Shown here in pieces: positions 49,027-58,903 of a stretch of DNA of 64,000 bases. Under the pieces are notes generated by a model that saw only the letters and a program-made list of their open reading frames with translations, did not search any database and was not told the origin of the DNA. Position numbers and translations under genes: made by a program. Source of the stretch: an archaeon (GTDB taxonomy: Archaea; Nanobdellota; Nanobdellia; Pacearchaeales; JAPDKA01); contig JAPDKA010000001.1 in assembly GCA_029258825.1 (NCBI GenBank), forward strand, positions 35,548-99,547, given 5' to 3'. The number at the start of each line of letters is the position of its first letter. The first letter of the stretch is position 1.

Positions 49027-50043
49027 ATGATTGTGTTAGGCATAGAGAGCACTGCACATACTTTTGGTGTCGGCATCATTGACGCAAGCAAAAAGCGTTA
49101 TGGAGAAAAAGCCATACTTGCTAATGCAAAACATGTTTATACTACTGAAAAAGGTGGTATTATTCCTATAGAGGCTGCAAAACACCATAAGCATTATAAA
49201 CAAGCGGTACTTGAGACTGCGCTTAATCAAGCTGATGTTAATTTTAATGAAATAGATGTTGTGGCGTATTCTAGAGGGCCTGGCCTAGCTCCTTGTTTGC
49301 TTGTTGGACTAGAAACTGCAAAACAAATCGCATTAAAAGCAAATGCTCCTCTTGTTGGGGTTAACCATTGTATTGCACATTTAGAAATAACGCAACTAGT
49401 TTGTAAAGCTAAAAATCCAGTATTGCTTTACACAAGCGGAGCAAACACCCAAGTAATTGCTTACGCTGCAGGTAAGTTTCGTGTTTTCGGTGAAACTCTT
49501 GATATAGGAGTAGGTAATTTTCTTGACGCATTTGCACGCTACATAGGGCTGGGCTTTCCTGGAGGTCCTAAACTTGAACAACTTGCAAAAAAATCAAACA
49601 ATTTTATTGAGTTGCCTTACAGTGTTAAAGGAATGGATGTAAGTTTTTCTGGCTTATTAACAAACCTAAAGCAAAAAATCGATAAAGGCTATAAACCAGA
49701 AGATCTTGCGTACAGCCTACAAGAAGTTGCTTTTGCTATGCTAATTGAAGTTGCAGAACGTGCAATGGCTCATCTTAAAGCTAAAGAACTAGCTTTAGGT
49801 GGTGGTGTTGCATGCAATACAAGACTGCAACAAATGGCAAAGCTTATGTGCAAGCAAAGAAAGGCAAAGTTGCATGTTCCACCAAACAGTTTGCTTGTTG
49901 ATAACGCTGCTATGATTGCTTGGCTTGGTTATCTGCAATACAACGCAAAACCAGTTAAAAAAAGCAAAATTAAGGAAACTATTGCTAATGCTGACATAAA
50001 GCCTTACGAAAGAACAGATGATGTTGATGTGACATGGCGATAA
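49027..50043 (+). CDS. kae1: tRNA N6-threonylcarbamoyladenosine synthase Kae1 (TsaD/Kae1/Qri7 family)
   Basis: MIVLGIESTAHTFGVGIID, HHKHY (metal-binding His pair), SRGPGLAPCLLVGLETAK, VGVNHCIAHLE; 338 aa, no Bud32 fusion. Confidence 0.9.
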   Translation: MIVLGIESTAHTFGVGIIDASKKRYGEKAILANAKHVYTTEKGGIIPIEAAKHHKHYKQAVLETALNQADVNFNEIDVVAYSRGPGLAPCLLVGLETAKQIALKANAPLVGVNHCIAHLEITQLVCKAKNPVLLYTSGANTQVIAYAAGKFRVFGETLDIGVGNFLDAFARYIGLGFPGGPKLEQLAKKSNNFIELPYSVKGMDVSFSGLLTNLKQKIDKGYKPEDLAYSLQEVAFAMLIEVAERAMAHLKAKELALGGGVACNTRLQQMAKLMCKQRKAKLHVPPNSLLVDNAAMIAWLGYLQYNAKPVKKSKIKETIANADIKPYERTDDVDVTWR

Positions 50044-50157
50044 ACATAAAACCAAGCGTAAGGTTAGAAAATTATAAAAATACAAATTAGCTTGATAAAA
50101 TCGGTAAAAAAACAAAAAACAAACATAAATCAACATAAAACAAAAAAGAGGTGAAAA

Positions 50158-50937
50158 ATGAAGGCTATATGGAAAGGTAGTATTGCATTTGGTCTTGTCA
50201 ACATTCCTGTAAAGTTGTATGCAGCAGTACAACCAAAACAGATAAGCTTCAAGTTGTTATGTGGCAAATGTCATACACCATTAAAGTATAAACGTTATTG
50301 TCCTAAATGCAAACGGGAAGTTGTATGGCAAGATGTTGTTAAAGGCATCAAAATAGGTAATAAATACATAGTATTAAGTAAAGAACAACTAAAAAAGTTA
50401 AGGCCGGAACAACTAAACGTGATAGAAATAGTCGGGTTCATCAAACCTGAAACTGTAGACAAGATTTACTTTCATAATAACTATTATATTGCACCAGACA
50501 CCAAATCAGCAAAAGCATACTTTTTACTGCAAGAGGTGTTAAGAACAACTGCAACTGCTGCAGTCGCGAGACTTGTGTTGCATGAAAAAGAATACACAGC
50601 ATTAATTACAGCATATAAACAAGGGTTGCTTTTAACGACACTCTATTATGATTATGAAGTGCGCGACATTAATGCAATTACAGAGATTGCTGAAGCTAAA
50701 AAAAAGACAAAAATAACAAAACAAGAGTTGCAGCTCGCGTTAATGCTTGTCGAAAAGTTAAGCAAAAAACAACTTAAGTTGGAGCAATTCAAAGATAGTT
50801 TTGTTGAAAAACTCAAGGCTATGCTTGCAGGCAAAATAGAAAAGCCTGCTCAGCCTCAACCAGAAAAACTAATTGAAGCTTTACAGCTAAGCATAAAACA
50901 AAGCGTCAAGCAAAGAAAAAGAAAAAAGGAAGTTTAA
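50158..50937 (+). CDS. ku: Ku protein (bacterial-type NHEJ end-binding)
   Basis: MKAIWKGSIAFGLVNIPVKLYAA N-terminus diagnostic of prokaryotic Ku; LKYKRYCPKCKREV zinc-ribbon-like insert as in mycobacterial Ku. Confidence 0.8.
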   Translation: MKAIWKGSIAFGLVNIPVKLYAAVQPKQISFKLLCGKCHTPLKYKRYCPKCKREVVWQDVVKGIKIGNKYIVLSKEQLKKLRPEQLNVIEIVGFIKPETVDKIYFHNNYYIAPDTKSAKAYFLLQEVLRTTATAAVARLVLHEKEYTALITAYKQGLLLTTLYYDYEVRDINAITEIAEAKKKTKITKQELQLALMLVEKLSKKQLKLEQFKDSFVEKLKAMLAGKIEKPAQPQPEKLIEALQLSIKQSVKQRKRKKEV

Positions 50938-51008
50938 GAAGAATTTAATTTTTGGAACTAATTAATTAACAAAAAATTTATAAATATTTAGAAATCATTA
51001 ATACATTA

Positions 51009-51347
51009 ATGGAAGAACTTAAACAAATGGCAGAAGAATTTCTCGAAGCAGGTAAAGATAACTTAACTAAAAAAAGGTTTAATGCGGCAATATCAGATTT
51101 TTTCAAAGCTATTGCCATCTATTGTGATTATCTAATGTACTTAGAAGCAAGAATAATTCCAAAAAACCACACAGAAAGGTTTGCCTTACTCAAAAAGTAT
51201 TTTCCTGCTATATACGTTAAAGTCTCTTCTCTGTTTTCTCTGTATACAAAATCATACAATATGAAAGTGAATGAAAAAGATGTAAAAATAGTAAAGGATT
51301 ATGCTTATGAGATCAAAAAATTTATTGAAAATAAAGAAACTATTTAG
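51009..51347 (+). CDS. HEPN domain protein
   Basis: 112 aa all-helical; FFKAIAIYCDYLMYLEARIIPKNHTERF typical of HEPN of HEPN/MNT pairs; overlaps the downstream MNT gene. Confidence 0.5.
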   Translation: MEELKQMAEEFLEAGKDNLTKKRFNAAISDFFKAIAIYCDYLMYLEARIIPKNHTERFALLKKYFPAIYVKVSSLFSLYTKSYNMKVNEKDVKIVKDYAYEIKKFIENKETI

Positions 51348-51834
51348 AGATATATTGGAAGATAAAAACATAATAGACATAATTGTATTCGGTTCAGCTG
51401 TAAAAGGAAAAGCATTACCACAGGATATAGACATCGCTTTGATATATAAAAATAAAATAAATAAAAATAAGATTCCTAGAGAAAAAAACCTGCATATTAG
51501 TTTTATCTCAGTTGAAGAATTCTTTCGAGGATTACCATTAACAAATATCTTATTACGAGAGGGTATAAGTTTAAAGTATAAAAAACCTCTTGCAGAAATT
51601 TTTAGATTTAAGAATATGGTATTATTTGCTTATTCTCTTGAGGGATTAAGAAGTAGTAAAAAAGTAAAGATCGTAAATTGGTTGAAAAATAAAAAAACTG
51701 GAATAACTAAATATGGTGGAGTATGGGTTAGAAGAAGTGTATTTTTTGTGCCTTGCGTGTATGAAAAAATTTTTGCAGATTTTTTTATAAAAAACAAAGT
51801 AAAATTTAAAAAATGGTATTCTTTAATACATTAA
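51301..51834 (+). CDS. nucleotidyltransferase (MNT)
   Basis: IIDIIVFGSAVKGKALPQDIDIALIY GS...DxD motif. Confidence 0.6.
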   Translation: MLMRSKNLLKIKKLFRDILEDKNIIDIIVFGSAVKGKALPQDIDIALIYKNKINKNKIPREKNLHISFISVEEFFRGLPLTNILLREGISLKYKKPLAEIFRFKNMVLFAYSLEGLRSSKKVKIVNWLKNKKTGITKYGGVWVRRSVFFVPCVYEKIFADFFIKNKVKFKKWYSLIH

Positions 51835-51849
51835 TAAAAAATTGAAAAA

Positions 51850-52089
51850 ATGAAAAGAAAGGATAATATATTAATAATTTCCAAAATTAGACAGTTAATG
51901 AAAAAAAAGAAGATAAAAGCAAGTAACAAAGTTATTTCACAATTAGATAAATTCGTTAGAGATGTAGTAAACTACATATTAGATATCGCCAAGTATGAAA
52001 CATTAACTGCAGGAAAAAAAATCGTTAGTGTTACAGAATTAAAAAATGCTATACAAAAACTAAAAGAAGAAAAATCTTTAGAAATTTGA
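51850..52089 (+). CDS. hypothetical small protein
   Basis: 79 aa, K-rich helical; sits between the MNT and ligase genes; 4-bp overlap with ligase start. Confidence 0.3.
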   Translation: MKRKDNILIISKIRQLMKKKKIKASNKVISQLDKFVRDVVNYILDIAKYETLTAGKKIVSVTELKNAIQKLKEEKSLEI

Positions 52090-53108
52090 TAGAAATGAAA
52101 ACTTATGAAAAATGTTTTATGCTTGCTTTTCCAACAGATAGAACAATACTAAAGAGTTCTCAGTATATTTTTGAACCAAAATTGGACGGAACACGCGTGC
52201 ATATAATTAAAAAAGGTAAAAGTGTAAAACTAATTAACAGACGTGGTAAAGATATAAGCTACAGATATCCTGAATTGCAGCATGTATGGAAAAACATTAA
52301 AGCAAAAACTGCAATTCTTGATGCTGAACTTGTTGTATTAAATCAGCAGCAAAAACCTGACTTTAACTTATTGCAACAGAGGGAACAGCAAGATAAAAAA
52401 ATAAACATAGCTTTATTAGCGAAACAAATTCCTGCAGTGTTGTTTGTTTTTGACGTACTAATGCTGAATGATAAAATTACAGCAAGCAAGACATTGCTGG
52501 AACGAAAAAGTATACTTGATAGTGTGATTAAGCAAGACAAAAACATTGTTGTATGTCCTTATACATTCGACGGAATTAAACTTTGGAAGGCTGTAAAAAA
52601 ATTGAAGTTAGAAGGAGTAATGGCAAAACGCATTGATAGTGTTTATGAGTGCTGCAGAAGCAAATCATGGCTAAAGATAAAAAACATAAAAACAATCGAT
52701 GCTATCGTAATCGGTTATACAATTAAACAAAGACAAAATGCAAGCAAATCAAAACGTTGCATTAGTGCATTATTGCTAGCGCTATATGAAAAACCGAAAA
52801 CAAAAAAGCAAGAAAAAATAAAGCAACGAAAACTTGTTTATATAGGCAGGGTAGGAACAGGTTTCAGTGCAGAACAACTTGAGACAATTAAAGCTATACT
52901 TGATAAACATAAATCTAAACAAATGCCAGCATTGAAAAATAAACAAATGTTAAACAAAATAAAAAGCAATACAGTAATTGTATGGTTAAAGCCGGAAGTA
53001 ATTGCAGAGATCAAATATCTTGAATTTACAAAACAAAAAGAACTAAGAGCAAGTAGTTTTGTTAGACTCAGATTTGATAAACCACCAGAAGAATGTGTTA
53101 TGGAATAA
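52086..53108 (+). CDS. ligD: ATP-dependent DNA ligase (LigD ligase-domain-like)
   Basis: Motif I FEPKLDGTR (KxDG adenylation lysine), motif IV EGVMAK, OB-fold C-terminus; 340 aa minimal ligase, same strand as ku. Confidence 0.75.
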   Translation: MIEMKTYEKCFMLAFPTDRTILKSSQYIFEPKLDGTRVHIIKKGKSVKLINRRGKDISYRYPELQHVWKNIKAKTAILDAELVVLNQQQKPDFNLLQQREQQDKKINIALLAKQIPAVLFVFDVLMLNDKITASKTLLERKSILDSVIKQDKNIVVCPYTFDGIKLWKAVKKLKLEGVMAKRIDSVYECCRSKSWLKIKNIKTIDAIVIGYTIKQRQNASKSKRCISALLLALYEKPKTKKQEKIKQRKLVYIGRVGTGFSAEQLETIKAILDKHKSKQMPALKNKQMLNKIKSNTVIVWLKPEVIAEIKYLEFTKQKELRASSFVRLRFDKPPEECVME

Positions 53109-53114
53109 CTTTAA

Positions 53115-54311
53115 CTAACTCGTAACAATCCTAATCACATCGTTGTGTTTTAAAACATAATCTTTGCTCAATCTTTTTCCTGTTCGTACATCTATCGCTG
53201 CAACAAAATTTTTTGCAAGGTCGCTATGTATTGCTTCAGCTAAATCGAGTGCTGTTGCATGTTCTGGCATCAATAAAGCGTCTGGCAAAACATTGCCGTC
53301 TTTATCAGTCAACTTTTCATTCTCAACAGGGTATACAACTTTATACTTAAGCAACCCAAAAACTGCTTTGTTAATTACCTCTTGCACTCCTGTCGGGTGT
53401 TCCTGCAAAAACATTTTTATCTTGCTTAGTGCTTGTCGTTGTTTTTCATTGAGCTTTTCTCTTGCAAATATTTCGAAAGTTGAACTGCCAGGAACATACT
53501 TAATTAGACCATGATGGGCTGCTTCTCTCAAAGCAAGTTCAATTTCCGCAGAACCAAAAACAACGCTGAGCCCTTGCTGCTGGCAAAACTGTTCGAGCTT
53601 GGTTATGTTTTGCTTGCTTGCTATGTCTATCTTGTTACCAAAAACGATGATAGGTTTAGCTATACTTCTCAAGCAGCAAACAAAATTCTCAAGCTGTTCA
53701 TCGCTCCGGTCTGGAGTCTCGCTCAATCCGGCTTTTGCTATAGCCTTCTTGATTTGTTCATGCGTAATTTTCAAACCACTAAATTTTTCTGCGAGAGCAT
53801 CAACAAGACTAATGTGTTCAATTTTGATTTTACGCTTTAACATTAGCCAATCTTTTTTAAGCAATTGTAACATCCAAGCATTAAGTTCATCAATAATAAA
53901 CCGTACATCATTACAAACATCATAGTTGGTTGTTGGTTTTCCTTCTTCATCAGTTGTGCCGCTTGTATCGACAATCAAAATTAAAACATCTGCCTGTCTT
54001 AAATCATCCAAAAACTTGTTGCCTAAGCCCCTGCCTTCGTGTGCTTTTGGCACCAAACCTGCAACATCAATCAATTTTACAGGAATAAACCTTTTAGCAT
54101 TAATGCAAAAACCATGTCTAGGCCTACATCTAACATTAAATTCAGCTTCAACGCAGTCTGTACTAACATACCCTATTGCTTGGTTTGCTTTAATTGTTGT
54201 AAAAGCATAATTGGCTATTTCAACGTCTGCGAGAGTTGCTGCTTTAAAAAAAGTGCTCTTGCCTGCATTTGGCTTGCCAACTATGCCGATCAGCATTTTA
54301 AAATTAAACAT
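53115..54311 (-). CDS. Obg-like GTPase/ATPase of the YchF/OLA1 family with C-terminal TGS domain
   Basis: G1 GIVGKPNAGKST, ANYAFTTIKANQAIG (switch/G2 as in YchF NFPFCTIEPN), DVAGLV (G3); C-terminal HNDVIRIVTS TGS-like. Confidence 0.6.
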   Translation of the reverse strand: MFNFKMLIGIVGKPNAGKSTFFKAATLADVEIANYAFTTIKANQAIGYVSTDCVEAEFNVRCRPRHGFCINAKRFIPVKLIDVAGLVPKAHEGRGLGNKFLDDLRQADVLILIVDTSGTTDEEGKPTTNYDVCNDVRFIIDELNAWMLQLLKKDWLMLKRKIKIEHISLVDALAEKFSGLKITHEQIKKAIAKAGLSETPDRSDEQLENFVCCLRSIAKPIIVFGNKIDIASKQNITKLEQFCQQQGLSVVFGSAEIELALREAAHHGLIKYVPGSSTFEIFAREKLNEKQRQALSKIKMFLQEHPTGVQEVINKAVFGLLKYKVVYPVENEKLTDKDGNVLPDALLMPEHATALDLAEAIHSDLAKNFVAAIDVRTGKRLSKDYVLKHNDVIRIVTS

Positions 54312-54422
54312 AAATTAGTTTAAAATTGTGTCGATTTTGCTGGAAAGAGACAAGGCTAAAAAGACACAAGGCTAACTTTTTAAAATAATAAAAATTAAAA
54401 TTGTAAACTTTCAAATGATAGT

Positions 54423-54497
54423 GGGCCCGTAGCTCAGTCTGGATAGAGCACCGGCCTCCTAAGCCGGGGGTCGCAGGTTCGAATCCTGCCGGGCCCG
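54423..54497 (+). tRNA. tRNA-Arg (anticodon CCU)
   Basis: GGGCCCGUAGCUCAGUCUGGAUAGAGCACCGGCCUCCUAAGCCGGGGGUCGCAGGUUCGAAUCCUGCCGGGCCCG; anticodon loop CUCCUAA. Confidence 0.85.
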
Positions 54498-54549
54498 CTG
54501 CTTAGAAAATTCTATAAAGAAAAGCAAAGAAGAATTTAGATCAAAACAA

Positions 54550-54900
54550 TTAAATTATTTCATCATTTTCTATCTCTAGTATATTTTTTAAATTTTCTCT
54601 ATGTTTTTGTTTCATGTACAGGCTCGCAACTCTCTCAATAATTGGTTTTACAAGTTTCTCATCATATTTTTGATCAAGCAATTGTTGTAATGTTTTTGTT
54701 TTATTCTTTTTATTTTGTAAGAAAATTTTCAATATATGATACTCTAACCCAGGATCGACTGGTTGTGTATCGCGTGGCAATTTTATATCTTTATATCGCT
54801 CTCTCAATTCTGGTATTATTGGTTCACATTCATTGCCATTACACTCTACATATATTAACTTGCTATCTTCTATTGTTATATAAGGGTATATCTTTCCCAT
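54550..54900 (-). CDS. hypothetical protein
   Basis: 116 aa; CNGNEC pair near the N-terminus; no recognised domain. Confidence 0.3.
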   Translation of the reverse strand: MGKIYPYITIEDSKLIYVECNGNECEPIIPELRERYKDIKLPRDTQPVDPGLEYHILKIFLQNKKNKTKTLQQLLDQKYDEKLVKPIIERVASLYMKQKHRENLKNILEIENDEII

Positions 54901-54983
54901 TAAATCAAATATACAAACAATTCTTTTTTAATTTTTTGGTAGTAAACCGAAAATGTTAAATAAATAGAAGCACTAACATTAAC

Positions 54984-56099
54984 ATGAGCAGACAATCACT
55001 GCTGGAAAAAGTAAAAGAAGTTTTTACAGAACCAAAGTTTAAAGAACTGAAGTGGAGTATAACATTTCAAGCAGAACAGGCTTCGAGAAAACGTGCTATT
55101 AAATCGTTAGTTGAATTAATTGAAAATTATAATGAGTTAAAAGACACAAAAATAATTCTTGATGGAGTAATACCTCAATTTTTAGAAGAAGGATTAAAAA
55201 ATAAAAGTTTGATCAGTCAATTAAAGAATTATTTTGATACAGTAAAGTTAAAGAGATATACAACAAGAAAGAAAGCAGAACAAGACAAAGTGTTACCATT
55301 TAAACTTTATGAAGAAGCTATAGAAAAATACAAAAAGAGAATAGAAGCCAATCCAAAAAGGATTTATCTTGGATTCAATTTTGCGGGTACATCAGCAGAA
55401 CAAAGATACAAATCAAAATCGTTTTTGCTAGTTCATCTTATTGAAGGATGGATGATTTATGAGTTAATGAAACAATATTATTTCAATGTAAAGCTATATT
55501 TTACTCCTGAAGAAAAAAACGCAACAAGTAGAGAAGAAAAAAACAGAATAAAACGCGAGATAGTTCTAGCTTTGAAAGAAATGGACAAAAAACCTGCAGG
55601 AAAAAAATTGCTAGAAAAAATACTGCAAAAAGGTGGTTTTGCCACAGTAAAAGTTCCGTCAGCAAGTAAAAATGAATATTATAATGTAGAATTACAGCAT
55701 CTTCCATTAGCATACGGTAGAAATAGAAAAAAAGCATACAGCAACTGGTCCAATTTTGATAGTACCCATTATTGTGAATTTGAACAGTATAGAGAGCTTA
55801 ACTATATAAGGCCAAATGAAAGATGGCTATGTCGTCATGTAATTGCTGCTGCGTTTGCGGTTATGGAACAACAAGATAGAGAATACTGCGTAAATGCACC
55901 CTATATTATGGTAATTCCTTTTGTTAGACCATCAGACGAATTAAGAAAAATCTATGAAGGTTTAAAGCATTGCTTTGTAAGAAAAAGGATAAAAACAAAA
56001 ACAGGTAAGATTGGCATAAGGCATAGACATCTAACACTGTTAGAGAAAGAATTTATTTTAATAAGAGCAGTACTTTACAGTATTGTGCCTCTGTTTTAA
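54984..56099 (+). CDS. hypothetical protein
   Basis: 371 aa, divergent from the previous ORF, bracketed by tRNA-Arg and tRNA-Glu; a C-E-F...LCRH segment near the C-terminus fits neither SWIM nor any domain I recognise. Confidence 0.35.
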   Translation: MSRQSLLEKVKEVFTEPKFKELKWSITFQAEQASRKRAIKSLVELIENYNELKDTKIILDGVIPQFLEEGLKNKSLISQLKNYFDTVKLKRYTTRKKAEQDKVLPFKLYEEAIEKYKKRIEANPKRIYLGFNFAGTSAEQRYKSKSFLLVHLIEGWMIYELMKQYYFNVKLYFTPEEKNATSREEKNRIKREIVLALKEMDKKPAGKKLLEKILQKGGFATVKVPSASKNEYYNVELQHLPLAYGRNRKKAYSNWSNFDSTHYCEFEQYRELNYIRPNERWLCRHVIAAAFAVMEQQDREYCVNAPYIMVIPFVRPSDELRKIYEGLKHCFVRKRIKTKTGKIGIRHRHLTLLEKEFILIRAVLYSIVPLF

Positions 56100-56181
56100 T
56101 AACAAATTTAACAAAGAAGAATAATATTTTTAAATCATTTCATATTGTTCTATATTGTCTAAGTTTATTAGCGTTAGCTTT

Positions 56182-56254
56182 GCCCCCATGGTGTAGAGGC
56201 CAAGCATACAGCCCTCTCGAGGCTGAGACCCGGGTTCGAATCCCGGTGGGGGCA
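56182..56254 (+). tRNA. tRNA-Glu (anticodon CUC)
   Basis: GCCCCCAUGGUGUAGAGGCCAAGCAUACAGCCCUCUCGAGGCUGAGACCCGGGUUCGAAUCCCGGUGGGGGCA; anticodon loop CUCUCGA. Confidence 0.85.
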
Positions 56255-56297
56255 CTTCATAAATTTTTTTATTACTTCTTTAAAACAATTAATCAAA

Positions 56298-57224
56298 TTA
56301 TTTAATTCCCAATTTTTCCTTCAACAAACATGCTTTGCAAATTTTTGCGCTTGCTGGTTGACCGCAGCGTTTGCATTTGCTTATACGCTTATCCTGCTTC
56401 AGCTGTTTGCTATAATGTTTTTTAAGTAACGGCAATATTTCAATAAAGCTGTTCACTATTGCACGTTTTACTTCTGGATGGTGCTTCTCAAGTTGCATTA
56501 GAAAATTTCTTATTTTAACACGTAAGGTTTCAGGTCTATATGGGCAGGCCTTTAACGACAAAGGTAAGTTTAAAGCTTTATTATAAGCAATCACTTCTCT
56601 TGTTGTTACAAAATAGAGTGGCTTAATACGTTGTACAAAACCTGGCAGTTCTGTGATACCAGTTTTTGGTCCAAGCTTGGCTAGTAATATTGCATTGCCT
56701 TTGATTTGATTAAGCAAAATAGTTTCAGCTTCATCATCTATGCAATGCCCTGTCGCAACTTTATCGGCTTTAAGTTGCTTTAGTTTTGCATTCAAAATCC
56801 ATCTTTTAAAGATGCTACACACATAGCAGCAAGTTAAGCCAAGTTTAGCAATTTTTGGTTTTAGCTTAGCTAATGTAACGCCGAGTTCTTGTTTGAAAGA
56901 ATAAACCTTTAGCTGTATGTCTAGATGCTGTGTTAATTCTCGCAGATTTTTAATTAGCTTATCCCTGTAACCTGGAATACCTTCATCGATTGCTACTGCT
57001 ATGAGTTTTATGTTAAACTTAAACTTGTATTTTTCAGCAAAATGTTTCAATGCAACTAAAGCAGCATTGCTATCTTTGCCACCACTCGCAGCAATTGCAA
57101 TAAGTTTATCTTTTTTTGTTATAAGTTTATAATCAAGTATTGTCTTGAATACTTTACGCTCAAAATATCTAACAAAATCGCGCTTGCTTAAAGTTTTGCC
57201 CGATTCAAGAGTATAAAACGTCAT
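56298..57224 (-). CDS. PP-loop ATPase of the TtuA/NcsA tRNA 2-thiolation family
   Basis: LIAIAASGGKDSNAAL (SGGxDS PP-loop), C-terminal CKRCGQPASAKICKAC zinc finger; 308 aa. Confidence 0.6.
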   Translation of the reverse strand: MTFYTLESGKTLSKRDFVRYFERKVFKTILDYKLITKKDKLIAIAASGGKDSNAALVALKHFAEKYKFKFNIKLIAVAIDEGIPGYRDKLIKNLRELTQHLDIQLKVYSFKQELGVTLAKLKPKIAKLGLTCCYVCSIFKRWILNAKLKQLKADKVATGHCIDDEAETILLNQIKGNAILLAKLGPKTGITELPGFVQRIKPLYFVTTREVIAYNKALNLPLSLKACPYRPETLRVKIRNFLMQLEKHHPEVKRAIVNSFIEILPLLKKHYSKQLKQDKRISKCKRCGQPASAKICKACLLKEKLGIK

Positions 57225-57394
57225 ACATAACTATAGTTATTGTTTTTATAAGTGTTTTTGTAGATTGTAAAAAATTATTCTATTATTAGGATTAGAAAGT
57301 TTATAAATCTTTGATTAAGTTGGATTAGTCAAAATCGAAGCTTCAAGTTTGAACAAAAGTTTTTTAACTCTAAATATTTCTGAAAGTATGAAAG

Positions 57395-58651
57395 CTATTC
57401 AAAAGAAATTTTTACTATGTTTTTCAAAATAATCTTCTTATTTTTTTCTTCAACGATTTTTTCTTTACCTTGATAAATAATCCATCCTTTTTTGACATTA
57501 TATTTTTTCATGAACCATCCCAAATTTTTTAGTTTCTTTTTTTCTATCTCTTCTCTTGATGTTACTTCTATAGGTAAAATTTCTTTATTCTTTTTTATGA
57601 AATCTATTTCTTTATCCTTCTCTCTAAAATATTTATCTAAATTAAGAATGTGCATTATTAAATTTTCATAAAGCTTTCCTTTATCTTCGAAAAAATACAC
57701 TTTAGCTAGGCTTGGATGATAAGCATAGATTTTTTGCATCTTTCTTGATTCTGCCATTATAGATGGTCTATAATTCTTCACAATCCTTATGAGTTTTCCA
57801 AATTCTAAAAAGAATAAATGTTCTTTTAAAGTGAGTTTGTGAACATGAAAATTTTTACTTAGTTCATCTATGTTAAGTATCATTCCATTATTTTTATAAA
57901 ATAACTCAAGTAAAGCCCTTAAGAGTGAAATATTTACTTTTTTGAAAATCATTGGTATATCGCTAACAACTTTTTCTATAATCATGCTTGTTATGTATTC
58001 ATTAACTTCTTCTTTATTTTCCCATTTAACTATTTCTGGAAATGGCCTTTCAAGATAATCATCAAAAACAGCTTCGATTTTGTCTTGAAAAAGTTCAAAA
58101 TTTTCTATTGTTTTTCCATAATAAAGTTCTGCAAATTCTTTAAGACTTAATGGACTTACTTCTAACTTAAAGTGTCTCCCAGCAAGATTATCTATAGCTC
58201 CTTTTTCAAGCATTAAACCTGCTGATCCGCTGAGACAAAATTTTATATTCGGTAGAGAATCATAAAGGAGTTTTATTTTTTCATGCCAGTTTTTAAGTTT
58301 TTGTATTTCATCAAAAAAAACAAAAATCTTTTCTTTTTTCCAATCAACCTTTGTTATTTTCTCACATTCTTTAAAGATTTCTATAGGCTCTTCAATTCTT
58401 TTATCAAAATTGAAGTAGATTATGTTTTTTGCATTTATACCTCTATCTAGAAGTTTTTTTATTAATTGATACATTAATGTTGTTTTGCCTACTCTTCTTA
58501 ATCCAGTAAGTATCAATATTTGTCTATGTCTGAAACGTTCCATAATCTTTTCCATTATCTTTCTTTCGTATGGCAATGCTTTTTGCTTGCTTATTCCTTG
58601 TGTCTGCCACCATTCATTAAAAATTAATAATTCTTCCATATTAGTTCTCAT
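57395..58651 (-). CDS. ATPase of the AAA_14/DUF4143 family (archaeal ATPase)
   Basis: Walker A ILILTGLRRVGKTTL, Walker B VFFDEIQ; C-terminal DUF4143-like region; 418 aa. Confidence 0.55.
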   Translation of the reverse strand: MRTNMEELLIFNEWWQTQGISKQKALPYERKIMEKIMERFRHRQILILTGLRRVGKTTLMYQLIKKLLDRGINAKNIIYFNFDKRIEEPIEIFKECEKITKVDWKKEKIFVFFDEIQKLKNWHEKIKLLYDSLPNIKFCLSGSAGLMLEKGAIDNLAGRHFKLEVSPLSLKEFAELYYGKTIENFELFQDKIEAVFDDYLERPFPEIVKWENKEEVNEYITSMIIEKVVSDIPMIFKKVNISLLRALLELFYKNNGMILNIDELSKNFHVHKLTLKEHLFFLEFGKLIRIVKNYRPSIMAESRKMQKIYAYHPSLAKVYFFEDKGKLYENLIMHILNLDKYFREKDKEIDFIKKNKEILPIEVTSREEIEKKKLKNLGWFMKKYNVKKGWIIYQGKEKIVEEKNKKIILKNIVKISFE

Positions 58652-58903
58652 TCAGAACGAATATTTAAATTTTTCGTTTATTTTATGAACGAATGTATTG
58701 TTTAAGCTGAAGAAAAAATAAAAGGAAAGTAAGTTAAGTTTGAGTTAAGTTTGTGCCCTTGGTTTTCACACCCATAAGCATCAATTTTCTTGACTTTCTT
58801 GGGTAACTTTCTCCAATCAAGCTTTGTTATCCCTGTCCTACTAAGATCTATCCATTCACATTCTTCAATACCACTCAGATCATATATAAATTTTTATTTC
58901 AGT

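Noticed and set aside
58652-58903. Short direct repeats (gaacgaat x2, gttaagtttg x2) and a small inverted repeat in the ATPase-taw1 intergenic region
   Set aside because: Too short and AT-rich to distinguish from chance in this genome. No match to the 40-nt element or palindrome family.
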